The position numbers and the translations under genes are program-made. Below, one piece after another: positions 21,727 through 35,649 of a stretch of DNA of 64,000 bases. Location of the stretch: contig NC_087251.1 in NCBI RefSeq assembly GCF_037042905.1, positions 10,542,001 through 10,606,000 of the forward strand. Direction: 5' to 3'. Source of the DNA: Lytechinus pictus (taxonomy: Eukaryota). Every line of letters begins with the position of its first letter. The first letter of the stretch is position 1. The notes under the pieces are model-generated. The model saw only the letters and a program-made list of their open reading frames with translations. It was not told the DNA's origin and searched no databases.

Positions 21727-22499
21727 CAGTCCGACCTCTCTTATCCGGACACGTTGGGACCAGCACCAATCCCGATAAGGGATTTATCCGGATCTGGGAG
21801 ACCCAATATTAAATACACGCAGCTGTGCTGCTGGCTTCCTCCCCAGGCCAACGGCGGTAGCTACACTTTGTCTATTGTAGTGGGCGTACAGACAGTATTC
21901 ACTGCAGTGTCACTGTCAGTGCAAATTATAGGCGGTATTTTTACGGAAATGAAATCGATCGATGGCCAAAACTGTTGGATAATTTACCTGCTAAAATGAT
22001 TGAGGTATACTTTGAGCATACCTCGAAAGAAAGAGAACGACTCGATGAAACTAAGTTTTACAATTGGATCATCGCGGCGGGTATCGCAGCTTCGCAATGT
22101 CAGCCATTGTTACACTGACTGTAGGCTCAAACATGATACATGGCGCTGTCCGTATTGAGGCCTAACCTTAGCTAGCGAGACATGTGTTGTTTTCCGGGAA
22201 GCAAGAAGAGAAATGTGATGAAATGTTTGTGCTGCGCCCTGATTTACTGGAAATTATCATACCTAAGTTCTTTTGGTGATTTGGGTGAGATATTTTCATT
22301 AAAAATAATTTTGTTGTAGGTAGACTATATTGGAAAATATATATGTAATCAAAGTGAGTTTGCGTATAGGATTGAGTTTAGATTGAAATCTCATTTCCTC
22401 ACGTACTAGATTGAATTAAAAAAAAAAATCTCGGCAAGTGTGCGTCCGGATAATAGAGAGATCCAGATAAGGGGAGGCCAGATAAGAGAGGTCGGACTG
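21727..22499. mobile_element. pogo/Tigger-like MITE (TA TSD)
   Basis: TA|CAGTCCGACCTCTCTTATC ... GATAAGAGAGGTCGGACTG|TA. Confidence 0.88.
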
Positions 22500-22666
22500 T
22501 ACAGTTAATTCTTCTGAATCTAAGGGTGTGTGTGTGGGGGGGGGGGTGTCATACATTTACCCCCTTTCCCTCTCCCCTCTATGTCTCCTTTATCCCATCC
22601 ATCTTGCTGCTCCTCCAGAATGTCACTGTTTATAACTTTGCTCAATTTCTCAATGTATACTTTCAG

Positions 22667-22819
22667 TTTGGTCTGTGGACATCATGGATATTGTACACCA
22701 TACTTCTTATCTTCTCCTTGGTCAAACTGAGCAACCTTCACAAACAAGAGAACATCTTACGCAGTCTGACAAGAGAAAGACAAAGGTTACTCGGTCACTA
22801 TGAGCAACCAGATTTGTAA
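22667..22819 (+). CDS. TMEM179: TMEM179-family last coding exon
   Basis: Acceptor ACTTTCAG|; FGLWTSWILYTILLIFSLVKLSNLHKQENILRSLTRERQRLLGHYEQPDL* (IAQ|FGLW.SW motif). The four exons total 660 bp, giving 219 aa. Confidence 0.92.
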   Translation, partial: FGLWTSWILYTILLIFSLVKLSNLHKQENILRSLTRERQRLLGHYEQPDL

Positions 22820-25265
22820 CACCTTTACATTCAACCACAGCAGAGGTTTGTTATATAGCCATTGTGCATTTTGAAGTGTAGTTCATATTGTTTTCTAGAA
22901 GATTAGCTTTATGAGTCAGGGTAGAGTCTACGCCCAGACCTTCCCAGGATGGTAATACTAAATTAAGTAGACCTTTCCAAAGAGGGTTGGCATATTTCCC
23001 ACTTTCCGTCTTAATTTCTTGATGCCATCCGATATGAATTTTAGATTTCGGGTAAAAAGTTAATAGAAGAGATTGATTTGTATTTCCTGTCTAATTAAAA
23101 AAAGAAACATAAATTTGGGTGAGATACATGCCAATCATGTTCCCCAACAGACCTATCATATTTAAAAATTGAATTTGCATTGTGGCTCGAAGGGTTTATT
23201 TTTTTTATTAAGAGGACCATTTTAGAATCGAGGTAGAGACTAAGCTCAGACCCTCCCTAGAGGATAATGTTAGACATACCTTTTATCTATAGACTTTATT
23301 TAGAAGGTCAAGTTCAAGGCTGTGGACTCTTAAGTGGTCTTGACTTCTCTGTTAGAATACCCAGTTGCCATCATCTTTTAAATTGCACTTGAATTTATGT
23401 ATTATCAGATGCATCTGTTTTACATACATATAGACTATATCTAAGTTTAAATCTCATTTTACACAATATTCAATTGTTTTTATATTTTGTTTTTAGTCAA
23501 TGTACTTGCCTTCCATTTATCAAAATCTGAAGTAGATGGTTACATTTTGGAATTAGCAATGGCAACTACAGAACATTTCTTACAAACTTGTGTATTAATG
23601 TTTCTGATAATGTTTTAAAAAATCAATCTTCTTTTCTTTATGAAAAAATCTATATAACGCAAGGAAATCAGTGAGCAAAATAACCTCTTGATTTCAGTTG
23701 CTCTTTGAACATTGATATCTGTATATGGCTTAGAAATGATAGTGAAGAATTTCTCTTTATTCAAGGCTACATATTTTTATATGGATGTATCATGCAGGCT
23801 TCATGTGCCTTTTTTTATCTGAATGCTTTTTTTCAGAAAATAAGAGAATATTGGATCATTATGAGCAAATTTGCATCAATTAAATTTAACCTAGACAGAG
23901 GGTACAAAATGATGCAATTAAGCATATCATCTTTCATTTCAAGTTCAGTGTTGAAAGCTGGGTTTGTCAAGTATTAGCGCTTTGTAACTTTTGAAAGAAA
24001 AACGCTTTATAAGAAATAATTATTATTATTGTTGGTATTTGGGGTGTAGGCAGTATCTGCAGCAAACAAACGAGAAAAAAAGGATGTACACAGGGTGGGT
24101 AAAAAAAAAAATGAGTAGATATATAGGCAAGAAAAATCTGTGGATAATTCTTGTAACACCAGCCACAATGCCACAGTTGTGAATGCCAATGCCTATACAG
24201 TGTAGTGCCAGATAGCTTTCCATTAGTATATAAATAAAATACAAAATCAACTACACCATTAATATTTTAGGGTGGTATTACTTTTGTTACGGTCATGTTA
24301 GTGTTATACTATCTGTGATGGTATAAGGAATGTCCCTGGGGAGAGAGATCTGGTAATGAAAATATTTTTTGAATATATTTCTATTCACCATGGTGATGAG
24401 GAGTAGAATTTTCTGTCAAAATTTCAATTAAGAAATTGCTCATTTGAATTGCACAGATGTGTTTCTCTGAGAATTTTGATATTCAATAATTTTGAATTCA
24501 AGATTTAAGAATCTGCTTTTGGTGACTTATGTAATTTTGTATTATAATAGTGAATCAATGAACTCCAACCATACTAAGTTTTGATTAAGTTTTGATAGGT
24601 GTGTTGGTATGTACATGTAACTCATGTAGTATTTTGTCATTTCATTTTTTAAAATCATGGTTGACCTCTCAGCTCAAACCCACAATAGGTCACATGGCAA
24701 GATTCTCTGTAATCAATCAAAACTAGTCACTTGGATTCATACAACAAAAACTGTGTGATCTAAAACAAATTGTTGTCTCCATGCTTTACAAAATAATAAA
24801 ATCATGAAATTTGATTAATATAGTTTTTTCGGACTGCTGGGAGTTTCAACACGTGTTCTTGATGCTTTTCATTGTACCCCTGCATTTTGTTAATTGTTAT
24901 CTGTTTGAATTTGCGATTTTTTAAATGTTACATGTATTTCTATTCTGTCATGTATTGTATGTTTTTTAATTGTAACTAATGGTTCAGAGAACGTTTTTAT
25001 GCCATATATTTTTATTTAAAAAAAATTATTTTCATTTTTCAGTGATACATGTTGTATTTTTAGAATATGATTTTACTTTTAATACATTTTCAATTGTATG
25101 TTTGAATTATCTGTCTCCAAATTAGAAAATAAGTTTTGGAAGGCAGGAAATATATATGTACCTGTACCATCAAATTCCAGTACTCATTTTTCTGAGTTAA
25201 GAAAAGTCAGACTCACTGGGAGCCTAAAAATGAGAAAATAATAATTTGCAACATGTTGGAAACCT

Positions 25266-25420
25266 GGTGGGTGTTTCATAAAGCATGACTTTACGCACGA
25301 CTGGAACATGTTCTTAGGTCATAAATAAATTCCACAGGGATATCACATAGCACAAGAAAGGATCACCAGTCATGCGTAAAGTCATTCGTAACTTACGAAC
25401 AGCTTTATGAAACACACACC
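25266..25420. mobile_element. Short Harbinger-like MITE
   Basis: GGTGGGTGTTTCATAAAGC ... GCTTTATGAAACACACACC with CTG at both junctions; internal IR ATGACTTTACGCA/TGCGTAAAGTCAT. Confidence 0.65.
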
Positions 25421-27570
25421 TGCTGTAATTTGAAGCTTGCAGGACTCCAACACTACAGTTACACCAAACTGATCTGTAAGAATGAAGAACTTGCCTGGTT
25501 TCCTGCCAACTGTCAAAATAATATGAATTCAAATACTAATTACACCAGCGTGACTCCTCACTAGGATGTGTGGCAGAATCAGTGTGTGTAGCGTCACACG
25601 CAAATGAAGCAGACATGACTACTGGGTGTATAACAAAAGGAACCCAACTTCAATGTATTTTTCTGCAAAAAAATATTAAATAAAATCAGTTATAGTGAAA
25701 TTCATATCTCATTAAACTGTATCTTATTAGCACTCGAATTGTACTTTGATCATGTTTCTAGGACCATGCATCAATGAATAGCGTTAATTTGAAAAGAGTG
25801 TTCAGAAATGCTTTTGGTTCACTTTTATATTCATGAACAATTGAAATTGAAAGGAATGAGGACCTTATCACAGAGCAAATTCATTATTCCGTTGAGAAAA
25901 GACACAATCACAATCTGCATTTTCAATGTGCAGTGGAAGTGAACCACCTGCTCTTTTGCACCATTTTAAATGGTGTTTAGTGAAGCTTGGTCATATGAAT
26001 CTAATGTAATTTGGATATCTTTGGCATGCTAACGAGTCATAACATTTAAGTAATCCAATATGTATGTTTTTCCAATTATTAATTTGATAATTTTCTCACA
26101 ACAATCATGAAAGATAGATTTCCTTTATATTGATAAATCTGTATTGGCGTTGCACCACGTTCAAGTTGCTGTGTATTTTTAGGTTAAAAAATATTTCTAA
26201 TAAACGTTTAGGTAAATGTTGATACTGATCTCCCAGCTTACTACCAGTGGAAAGTTATTACTTGTGACACTTATCAATTTACATTGTATCAGATTTTAAG
26301 GCTAAAGTAGTATAAAAAAGGTTGGAAACATTTGTCTTGCCCACTTTATGGACATAAAATCATACTATTGTAGTTTTAATCACTATTTTTTGTTGTTGGG
26401 GGGGGGGGGGGAGGATGGTTCATTTCTCTGTTTCATATTGATATCTGAAGAGTTATTGATATATATTGAATAAGAGTTTATTTACGGCTAATTAAGTTTT
26501 AATACTACGAGCAATTCCATAATTTGAATGAGCACATATATACCATTGCACTGATTGTTTTACACGGTTAATATCCATTGTTTACATCCAATACCATCTT
26601 TTCACAACAGTACTTACAACATAGCTGATCTATTTTGATTAAGTCTTGTCTAACTCTAATCAGTGGAAGTTTAAAATTTAGAAACAAACTTGATATGTAT
26701 GGCTGATGATACATATATGTTTTGTATGATTTTTAAAACATTAATAATGTATTACTTTTTGCTAATGAAGTAAGATAATATATACATGTATGGTTGTCAT
26801 GTTTGGCTGAATTTATATTGTATGAGTAAGTAATTACACAAATAAGTAAAAAAAAGTAATTGGATTATGAAATTTATATATTTCAGTCCACGATTCCATT
26901 GTTGCAGTTAAATAAGTCACATATTTTATGCAATGGAAAAGAATCATATAGAGTTGAGTGTTCTATAATTTTCTTTAATTGTGCAATCATAACTCAATAA
27001 ACCTCCTTGTAGCAAATGTGTTTTTTAGGAATCATCTTAAAGCAGATAAATATAAGATGGAAAAAGTTATCAAATTACTCCGTCATTATGATTAATCAAT
27101 TTATGAAATTACAATGTGACATGCTTTTAATCATGGCCATATGCAAACAAAAACATCTAAACATAAAGGAGATGAATGCAAGAGCGATATTTTTTTATTA
27201 ATAAATGATGCTATTTACCTTTGAATTTAAGATACTCGGCAGTGCATTATCTTTTCTACTTACAATGAAAAATAATCAGTTGTACTTATCAGTAATTGCT
27301 TTATGATGGTACTATACTTATGCTTCTTTATAATCATGACCTTGCTGAAAATACATTTACTGTTATTAGGTAGATGTGTAACTTGTCCCTGGCTGAATAG
27401 GTTACTACTTTGCTACTCAGTTCTATTGAAATACATTTTATTACTTCTGTATCATATATTTCTAATAAATTTTCTATAAACTTTAGATAGATAAGTATTT
27501 TTCATCAGTGTTGTTATTAACCGCTGTGTCAAATTTGTATATTTCAATTATTTTAATCATCCATTATTAA

Positions 27571-28165
27571 AGGGGAATCCAGCCTTGGCCATAAAATGCT
27601 GTGTGGGGAAGGAGAAAAATAAATGAAACAGAATGGTGAAACTTTGAAAGAAATCGGACAAGCAATACGAAAGTTATAGCTGCTTTCAAATTGAGATCAC
27701 TAATACTATGTAGATTTCAAATTGGCAATTGGGTAAGTAAATTATGACAAGGGGCAAGGACAACTTTCCCATAGGCCATGTACTTTATTATCAGGGATGT
27801 GTGGTTTTCTCCTAAGTACCCATTCCCCTGGGGCAGTAATCCAAATATAACCCGTGTAGTATATTGTTTTATGTCCTCATGAAAGAAAAATATAATTTGA
27901 AATAAAACTTTTGGGAAAAATGACATTTTAGCCATAATATGTATTGGAGTACAAGAAAGAGTAGTCCTTGCCTTACATTACTATGACATCCCATATGCGG
28001 CCAATTTGAAGTCTCCATGGGTATAGTGATTACCAATATTTACAACTTTTAAAAATTCATAACTTTCTTATTGTTTGTCCGATATTGTTCAAACTTTCAC
28101 CTATCAACTTGTCTGATTTTTCTTTTCCTTATAAAAACAAGTTTTTATTTGGGTTGGATTCCCCT
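27571..28165. mobile_element. Kolobok-like MITE (TTAA TSD)
   Basis: TTAA|AGGGGAATCCAGCC ... GGTTGGATTCCCCT|TTAA. Confidence 0.85.
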
Positions 28166-28243
28166 TTAAGTGCAGTTTTCTGTTTATCTTGCTACCATTT
28201 TCACAGTGTCCAAAGCTACCTTATCAATCAAAAGTCAAATTAT

Positions 28244-28246
<3 letters not shown>

Positions 28247-28281
<35 letters not shown>
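28247..28281. repeat. (TA)n microsatellite
   Basis: Uninterrupted TA run. Confidence 0.95.
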
Positions 28282-28283
<2 letters not shown>

Positions 28284-28626
28284 CAATAGACTCTAAAATG
28301 TCTTACTGGATTCCATAAATACTGTACTATCATAGATTCATAACTCAAACCAAAATAGCCACAAAATAAATGCTAATTTTATTTTTACATCCATACAAAA
28401 ATATTTAAAAAATTTTGTTGAAAATCGGCTTTCATTTTGAGTTTTGAAAAACATCTTTTTTCTTTCGATGTACTGACCTGAAAATATGAAATATTCTGTC
28501 AAAAGATTTACATGTACATATAATATACTATCTAAATACTTACTATTTTTTGTCTTTTATCTCAGGAAAGATATATTTTGAGAGGATTTACTCATCTTAA
28601 AATCATTGAAAATGTTTGAGTATTAA

Positions 28627-29980
28627 CAGTGGCGTAGCTAGGATTTTTTTCCTGGGGGGGGGGCACTGAGGGGTCCTTGCTTTTTCAGGGGGGGGGGCAC
28701 CATTTTTTCCGGTGTGTGTGTATGTGTCACAAGGGCGGATCTGACTTTCGCCAATAGGGGACGGGGCCCGAGATTATCTTCACTTATATTTTCCCCGATC
28801 AGTCACTTCTCAGTTTTATTCTTATAAAACAACACAATCATGAAATAATCTCATAAGCCTTATAAAAAGCGCAAAGTGCGAGCGATTTTTTTTTTACTTT
28901 CATGTATTTTGTCCTGAAAATTTAATATTCTGGGGAATGTTATGTGTGATCCTGAACAAGATTCGTATGTAACTAGATGGTTACTGCGAACGCCAAGCGT
29001 GAGCAGAAATTTTTATTAACTATTCTAGCATTATCGAAAAGGGACCTGTTAAGGAAGACGGTATATATTTCAATAATGCGAGCGCGAAGCGCGAGCAAAT
29101 TTTTTTGACATTCCGACCTAAAAAAAAATGGTCATTCTAAGCACTTTTTGTATTAATAAATGGGATAGGTATGTAACTAAACAATTGATGCGAGCGCGAA
29201 GCGCGAGAGGAAGAAAATTGAGATTTTAGACCTAAAAGCGGGACACTCTATTCATATTTTGTAAATCATATCAAATAGGATATAGTTAATTGGGTATCAT
29301 TAATAATGCGATCGTGAAGCGTGAGCAGACAATTATTGATATTCTGATGTGAAACTGGATACTTTAAGTACATTTTAAATAAAGAACATGCAGGCTATCG
29401 CGCATGTTTTAGATTTAGACCTAGAATCTGGGCATTCTGAATACATTTGTTTAATGGAACATTATGGAATACACGTAGCCGGGACACGTAAACAATATGA
29501 ACTTAGCAAATCAAACAATGTGACCACGCTGCGTGAGCTTAAAATGCTGATATGTAGACCATAAAACGGACATTTTACAGAGCACTTAAATTTATAAATG
29601 AAAAAAAAATAATGAAAGCTCGATGTCCGAGCTAAAATATGTTTTGTATATTGACTTCAAAACTTGCTCCATATCAGCCTATTGAGCAAGATATGAATCT
29701 CATCGAACAGGCAATTCTGGCGCGAAGCGCAAGCAAAAATTTTATATAGTAACATGAAGGATTTGTGGGGTTTTTTTGCAAGTCTTCCCCTCACATTATT
29801 ACGTTCACTCGTCTTCCTCCTCTTATTTTCCTCTTCTTTTTTCTTCTGTCTTTCTTCTTCTTTTCCTTTTTTCTTTTCTTCTTTCTCCCTTTTTTTTTGC
29901 TCTGCCATTTTTTTTCAGGGGGGGCACACCAAATCTCAGGGGGGCACGTGCCCCCCAGGCCCCCCGTAGCTACGCCAATG
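28627..29980 (+). mobile_element. hAT-like non-autonomous element with GCGAAGC motif array
   Basis: AGTATTAA|CAGTGGCGTAGCTA ... TAGCTACGCCAATG|AGTATTAA (perfect 8-bp TSD). Confidence 0.88.
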
Positions 29981-30696
29981 AGTATTAATACAAAATGTAT
30001 ATTTGAAGATTATGTATGAAAACTCAATGTTTCAAGAACCAACATGCATAATAGTCTAATGTATTATCTGAAAGACATTGGAAGAAATATTCCTTCACAT
30101 TGTCCTATAAAAGAAACAATATTGATAACTACCAACTCTACCACTTAACGAGACACATTTTTCATAATTTAGTAACAACAGTTTTTGAATTGTTATAGGC
30201 ATATTAATTAGATTTTAAAAATGTTTCAATGCTTCACTGCATACCCATCAGGATCAAGGTGTTAAGTGTTGGCACATTTCCGTTTGTCAACAGCTATTAT
30301 ATTTCCATTAAATATCAATAGTCCCCATACAAAACGATAACTGTTTATCAATTGTATTTAAAAATATTTTTAACTGGAAGATTGTCACTCACTAGTACGA
30401 GGTTAGTATGCTTTATTATTGTTAGAGATTGTTGGAATTTGGATTTATGAATGTTCGATTTTCACATTCCACCAATTAAATTTGATGTAATACATACAAT
30501 CTAATAGAATTTTGGGTCGGGGAGGGTCTCCGAGAGGCATGTGTCCACCTTTTAACCCAAAGTTGTACATATGTTTTTGACTTCTGAAACAGAAAATATA
30601 CAAACACAAATAATATAAACCTTAAAACTAATGAGGTCAGCATAATCCAACAAACATTGTTAGAGGGCAGCTAGGGCGTTACTACAGGGGGCAGGG

Positions 30697-30977
30697 CACT
30701 AGCGTACCTACGGGGGGGGGGCAGAGGGGGCAGTCTGCCCCCCCTGACGAGCCACAACCCATGCAAAGGACGTATCCCTGCCCCCCTGACGAGCTTGAAG
30801 ACCTTTATTGCCCCCCCTGACGAGCTTGAAGACCCTTTTTTTTTTTGCTTGTTTTTTTTCTGTTACGAAATCCTTCATTTGTGATTGAAGACCTTTTTTT
30901 TTTTTTTTTTTGCTTGTCAAATTTTTTGGCGGACGGTTCCCCCCCCCCCCCTGTGAAAAATCCCAGGTACGCCACTG
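30697..30977. mobile_element. hAT-like MITE nested in the end of an older element (~30671-31770)
   Basis: GGGCAGGG|CACTAGCGTACCT ... AGGTACGCCACTG|GGGCAGGG; internal repeats GCCCCCCTGACGAG. Confidence 0.8.
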
Positions 30978-31941
30978 GGGCAGGGGTGACCAACCCCGTG
31001 ATTTTATCAAATCATGAAAAATTCGAAAAAAGAAGGTGAAAAAGAGAAAATGTAGGTGAAAAGGAAAAAAAAGAAGGTGAAAAGGGGAAAAATGTGAATA
31101 AAGAAGAGAGGTCTTGGTCTGTTGGTCATGTTATTTAATCAAGCAAAAATAAAGTCACTGCAGTGGTCTTCCCCCTACAGCCTGACGCCAAGACAGAAGT
31201 CCTTGGAGAGCCTATGAGATCAAAAGATGATCATGATTAGGCATACTTGTCCATTGGCTCTATTCGGAAGTCACTGAAAAGTAAGAGATGTTCTTTTTTA
31301 GTTGATATATTATTTAAGTTCCAGTGAATAATATATACAAACGGCAAACATAAATAAATTGCAATCATGAACTTACAGTTAAGATCAGTCAAGTTATATG
31401 CCAGCAAAAGCAAAGAACAACAGATAATTTATATAAATGTGTAATTATCGTTTACAGGTATAGGACTATATAATATAGAATCACTTCACTTGGTTATAAA
31501 TGGTTCTTTCTCACTATATTCTTTCACCGAAAGAAATAAAGAAATTTAAAAAAGAAAGAAACAAGCATGATGTCCTGTAGGCCTTATAGAATTGCAATTA
31601 CTGTGCCCCGGTTCTGTGCCATTATTCTAACAATTTCTAAGAGAACTTTTGACAATATGATAAAACTACTATAAAATTTTCTCCTGTGCTCCTCTTTTTT
31701 CATACCCCCACCCTCTCCTATAAATCCCAGCTCTTCACCCCCCGGCCCCCCGGCCGTAGAAATGCCACTGCCTGAAATAACTTGTGATTAGTGATTAACT
31801 GACAAACAATCTCAATTAGGTTTTTATGGAAATGAAGTGATTTCTTGAAAGAGTGACACTGTGCAAGAATGGCTCAAACTTCTGAGGGAACCTGTTACCT
31901 GTAATGAAAGATGACATAATTTTTGTTGTTGTTGTTGTTAA

Positions 31942-32507
31942 AGGGGAATGAAACCTTTGGAACAATTAGGCTTGTGTCGAAACAGAAAAATCAAAGAATA
32001 AGAACAAAGAAAGTTTGAGAAATATCGGACAAATAATGAGAAAGTTATAAGCATTTGAATATTGCAATCATTAATGATATGGAAATCCTCCTATTGGCAA
32101 TGCGACAAGGATGTGTGATGTCACATGTGAACAACTTTCCCTTTGATGGACTATAAAATACCCCCAAAATGTGTCTTTTTGCTTTTTCTTATGGTGATAC
32201 AAACTATTTCTCCATGATGTATTCTTTAAAAATCTGTATCACATGCCCTCCTATAGAAAGAACACATGATCTATATACTGATATATGTGATAAAAGAGGC
32301 AGTTTAGGAGAGTTGTTCACAAGTGACATCACACATCTTTGTCGCATCGCCAATATGAGGATCTCCATAGCATTATTAGTGTCACAATATTCAAATGCTC
32401 ATAACTTTTTCACTATTTGTCCGATTTTTCTCAAACTTTCGTTGGTCTGTTTCTTTGATTTTTCTGTTTTCACCGTAAGCTATCTTGTTCCAAAGGTTTC
32501 ATTCTGC
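31942..32507. mobile_element. Kolobok-like MITE with long TIRs directly upstream of the TOGARAM1 promoter
   Basis: TTAA|AGGGGAATGAAACCTTTGGAACAA ... TTGTTCCAAAGGTTTCATTCTGC|TTAA; ~200-bp complementary arms. Confidence 0.82.
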
Positions 32508-32559
32508 TTAAAAGATCGACACTGAGAACCCACAACCCATTCTGAAAGAGAAAAATGAT

Positions 32560-32629
32560 AGCGCCACCTTTCGGTTTAAAGCATTATAATATTTAGTCAC
32601 GTGATAAAGCCCTATTCATCGCCATTTTT
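32560..32629 (+). promoter_or_regulatory. TOGARAM1 promoter motif cluster: CTCF-like, E-box, YY1-like
   Basis: AGCGCCACCTTTCGG (32560-32574), GTCACGTGAT (32596-32605) and CGCCATTTT (32620-32628), about 200-270 bp upstream of the ATG. Confidence 0.5.
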
Positions 32630-32826
32630 CGATTGCCATGTAAATTTCTGAATGTTTACGGTCTGCAAGCCGCCAACTCCAACCAAGGTTTTGCTTCGGC
32701 CAGGACTCAACAGTTCTCAAGACAAAATGTAGTGACATTGCAAGTATCATGCGTTCCTATCATTTAAGTACTGTAATGAATATTACATGAGAAAACGAAA
32801 ATTAATGCAAGTTTTGGACTGCTTCG

Positions 32827-34800
32827 ATGGCCGGAACGGTTGCCAAGTTGCCAGTATACAACTTCGGGCAAGGCGAGCACCGCACGGTAATGAATGGGAG
32901 CGATGCGGACGAGTCCGGTGAGCGTGAGCGAAAGATGGAAGATGAGGATCTTTTCAGACAGTTACAAGATAGCAGCTATGTCAAACATAGAGAACATATT
33001 CTTGATGAACTTGTTGCAAAGGTTAGGAGGAATGGAGGTAAAGTTCCATTTAAGAATCCTCGTGCACTTTTTAAAGGCCTTGCACTTGTGTTGCGAGATG
33101 AGGAAACAAAACTGCGACTCAAGTGCATTCAGTTTATCATGGACTTGGTCCCAATTCTCAAGCAAGAGCTTGATGCCTGCATGATGCTCATCATCCCCAA
33201 TCTTATATCAAGCTTTAGTGATGCAAAAGTGTCAATGCGGAAGGCTGCTGTTCAGACGCTGCATATGTACATGAAGCACACCACGAACATTGAGCCAATC
33301 TTCAACTCAATTGTGAATTATGGATTAGAAAATGAAGACCCCAAAATCAGAGCAGAGACTGCAGTTTCACTTCCTGTCCTATTGACAGGGGAATTTGCAA
33401 ACACAGACTTGTCGATTGTTACATGTGCTCTGGCAAGGAAATTCACTGATGACACTGATTTGATGGCAACTGCAGGTGTATCTTTGGACAGAATCTGTTC
33501 TTTAGTTGGTGAAGCAACATTTAACTCTTACATAGACAGCTTGCCAGCAAGAATCAAAAGTGGTTATTGCAAAAGAACAGGGAGACCTGATCCCAGTCCA
33601 AGTGTCCCCTCAGAAGGATATTCAGCAACAGGATCTTTGGACTGGAACTCCAACCGAACAACAGAACCTAAATCTGTCCCTGACGATGAGCGCAGATCGA
33701 GGTCAAAGCCAAATACTGAACTACAATTTGGTATCGTTCCCCAAGATGTACTTGATCAGCTGTCTGATCAAGAACACTGGACCGAGAGAGCATCAGGGGT
33801 ACAGGAGCTGAAAGAAATAGTTGTAGAACTCCAGGATATATCAGAGCTTACACCTCACATGATCAACTTTATTAGTTTTCTGTGCAACTTACTTGATGAC
33901 TCTAACTTCAAAGTTAGCTTTCATACCTTGGAAATATTTCAAGAATTGGTTCAGAAATTCAACCAAAAAGTAAAGCCATTCATTCGACACATAGTTAATG
34001 CTCTTTCAAAACGCTTTGGAGACAACAAGACAGTTATTAGACAAGCCAACATGAAAGTGATGATGCAGCTCATGCAAAGTGTAGGCCCCAAACAGGTAGT
34101 GCATGTTGTATCAGAACTAAAGAACCAGCGAAAATCTGGGGTACGTGAGGAAGCTCTAAACATCGTGATTGCAGCTCTTTTGACATTTCCTAGTTATGAC
34201 TTTGACCTGCCAAACATTTGCCGAACTCTGTCGCAATGTCTAAGTGATCAGAAGAGAAGGGTAAGGCAAGCGACACTAGAATTGTTTGCAGTCTTGGCAC
34301 AAGCAATGGGCCCAACAAGAATAGGTCCTCTCATTGATGCTGTAGATCAGATTGAATTAAAAACCTCAGAAGAAGGCGTCATGAAAGCAGTCCAGGCAAG
34401 ACTAGCCAGGAGACAATTACCAAGATTAAATGAGGATGGGCTCGTGGAATATGCATCTCAGACACCATCGTCAGCAGCAGCTGCAGGTAGGACAGCATCA
34501 TCAGCTGGTCATGACACTGAATGGATCTTGAAAGCTACCAGGAACTCGAGTGCAAAAGAGCGAGCTTACACAGATCCTGGAATAGAGCTTTCTCAGCCAT
34601 CCCCAACAAGAGCTAAGATACCTATGGGAAATGTTGGCAACCCTGATTCACAACCTCCCAAAAGGTTTCTGAGTGCAGGGAGAGGTCGCTCTAAACTACC
34701 TTGGGAAGAAGTAAGAGATGCTAGGGTTGCTGAGGACATGGAAGATGGACAAAACACAACAGGCCATGGCAGAGTGCAAATCAACAGTGCTCCAACTCAG
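32827..34800 (+). CDS. TOGARAM1: TOGARAM1 / crescerin-1 (FAM179B), first coding exon encoding TOG1 and TOG2
   Basis: 658 codons of HEAT-repeat TOG arrays with crescerin motifs LLDDSNFKV, REEALNIVIAALLTFPSYDFDL and VMKAVQARLARRQLPRL; donor CAG|GTATAT at 34801, phase 0. Confidence 0.95.
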
Positions 34801-35649
34801 GTATATTATTCTAACATTGGCTTTTGATATCAGAAGTTAGTTATTCTACTCTATGGAAAAAAAATAAACTGGTGCTGGGGGTGATTTTGCCCTCAAAATG
34901 CTCAAAGGAGCCCTGGAAAATATCAATTTATTGCAGTGTTAAATCTTATCCAGTATTGCAGATTTAGGCATTAAATTGTGAAAAGTAGCCCCAGAAAATT
35001 ACTATTATTATTATTTTTTGCCTGGCAGTTGTACTCTAGATATTGCAGACTGACATTTGACAATAATACATGCATTTAAAGTGATATGCTACTGTTTGAT
35101 TTTGATAGGTTTTCATTCAGAGATGTAAACAAATACATGTATAGGCATACATGTATGTCTTAGGAAGAATTTTAAGGTTTACAGATTTTGTACCAGATAT
35201 TCTACATAACTAGATACTTTGAAATATTAAAGTTTGACCATTTAATAAAGAATAATAATTTTGGGCCAATTTTCACTACCTTTCAACCACCTAAAATATT
35301 TGAATTACACTGCCTTTTACAGGAGACATCAAGTTTGCACCAAAAGTTGGCTACTTGTATGCCTTTTTCGTAGTTTTTAATAACACTAATCAAAGCATGT
35401 CTTTTTTTCTGTAGGGACATCTTCAAGTCTTATAAATACATCAGTAGCTATTTTACTATTTCAGTCACTTTAGTTTTCGCATTTATTTGAAGTTAGCCTG
35501 ACCACATTTCATATAAGAAACACCCTCAAAATGTCTCACACAGGCCACAAAAAATGCATGAATATTTTAGAATTTTGGTTAGCCTAAAATGTAGAACATT
35601 TAGTATGATTTGTTGATAAAAAGTAAGGAGCATCTATATGTAGGGTCCT

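Noticed and set aside
22920..23258. Imperfect ~26-bp direct repeat downstream of the TMEM179 stop
   Set aside because: Short and degenerate; no structure or function supportable.
32894..34784. Overlapping alternative-frame and antisense ORFs in the TOGARAM1 exon
   Set aside because: Short shadows of a real CDS.
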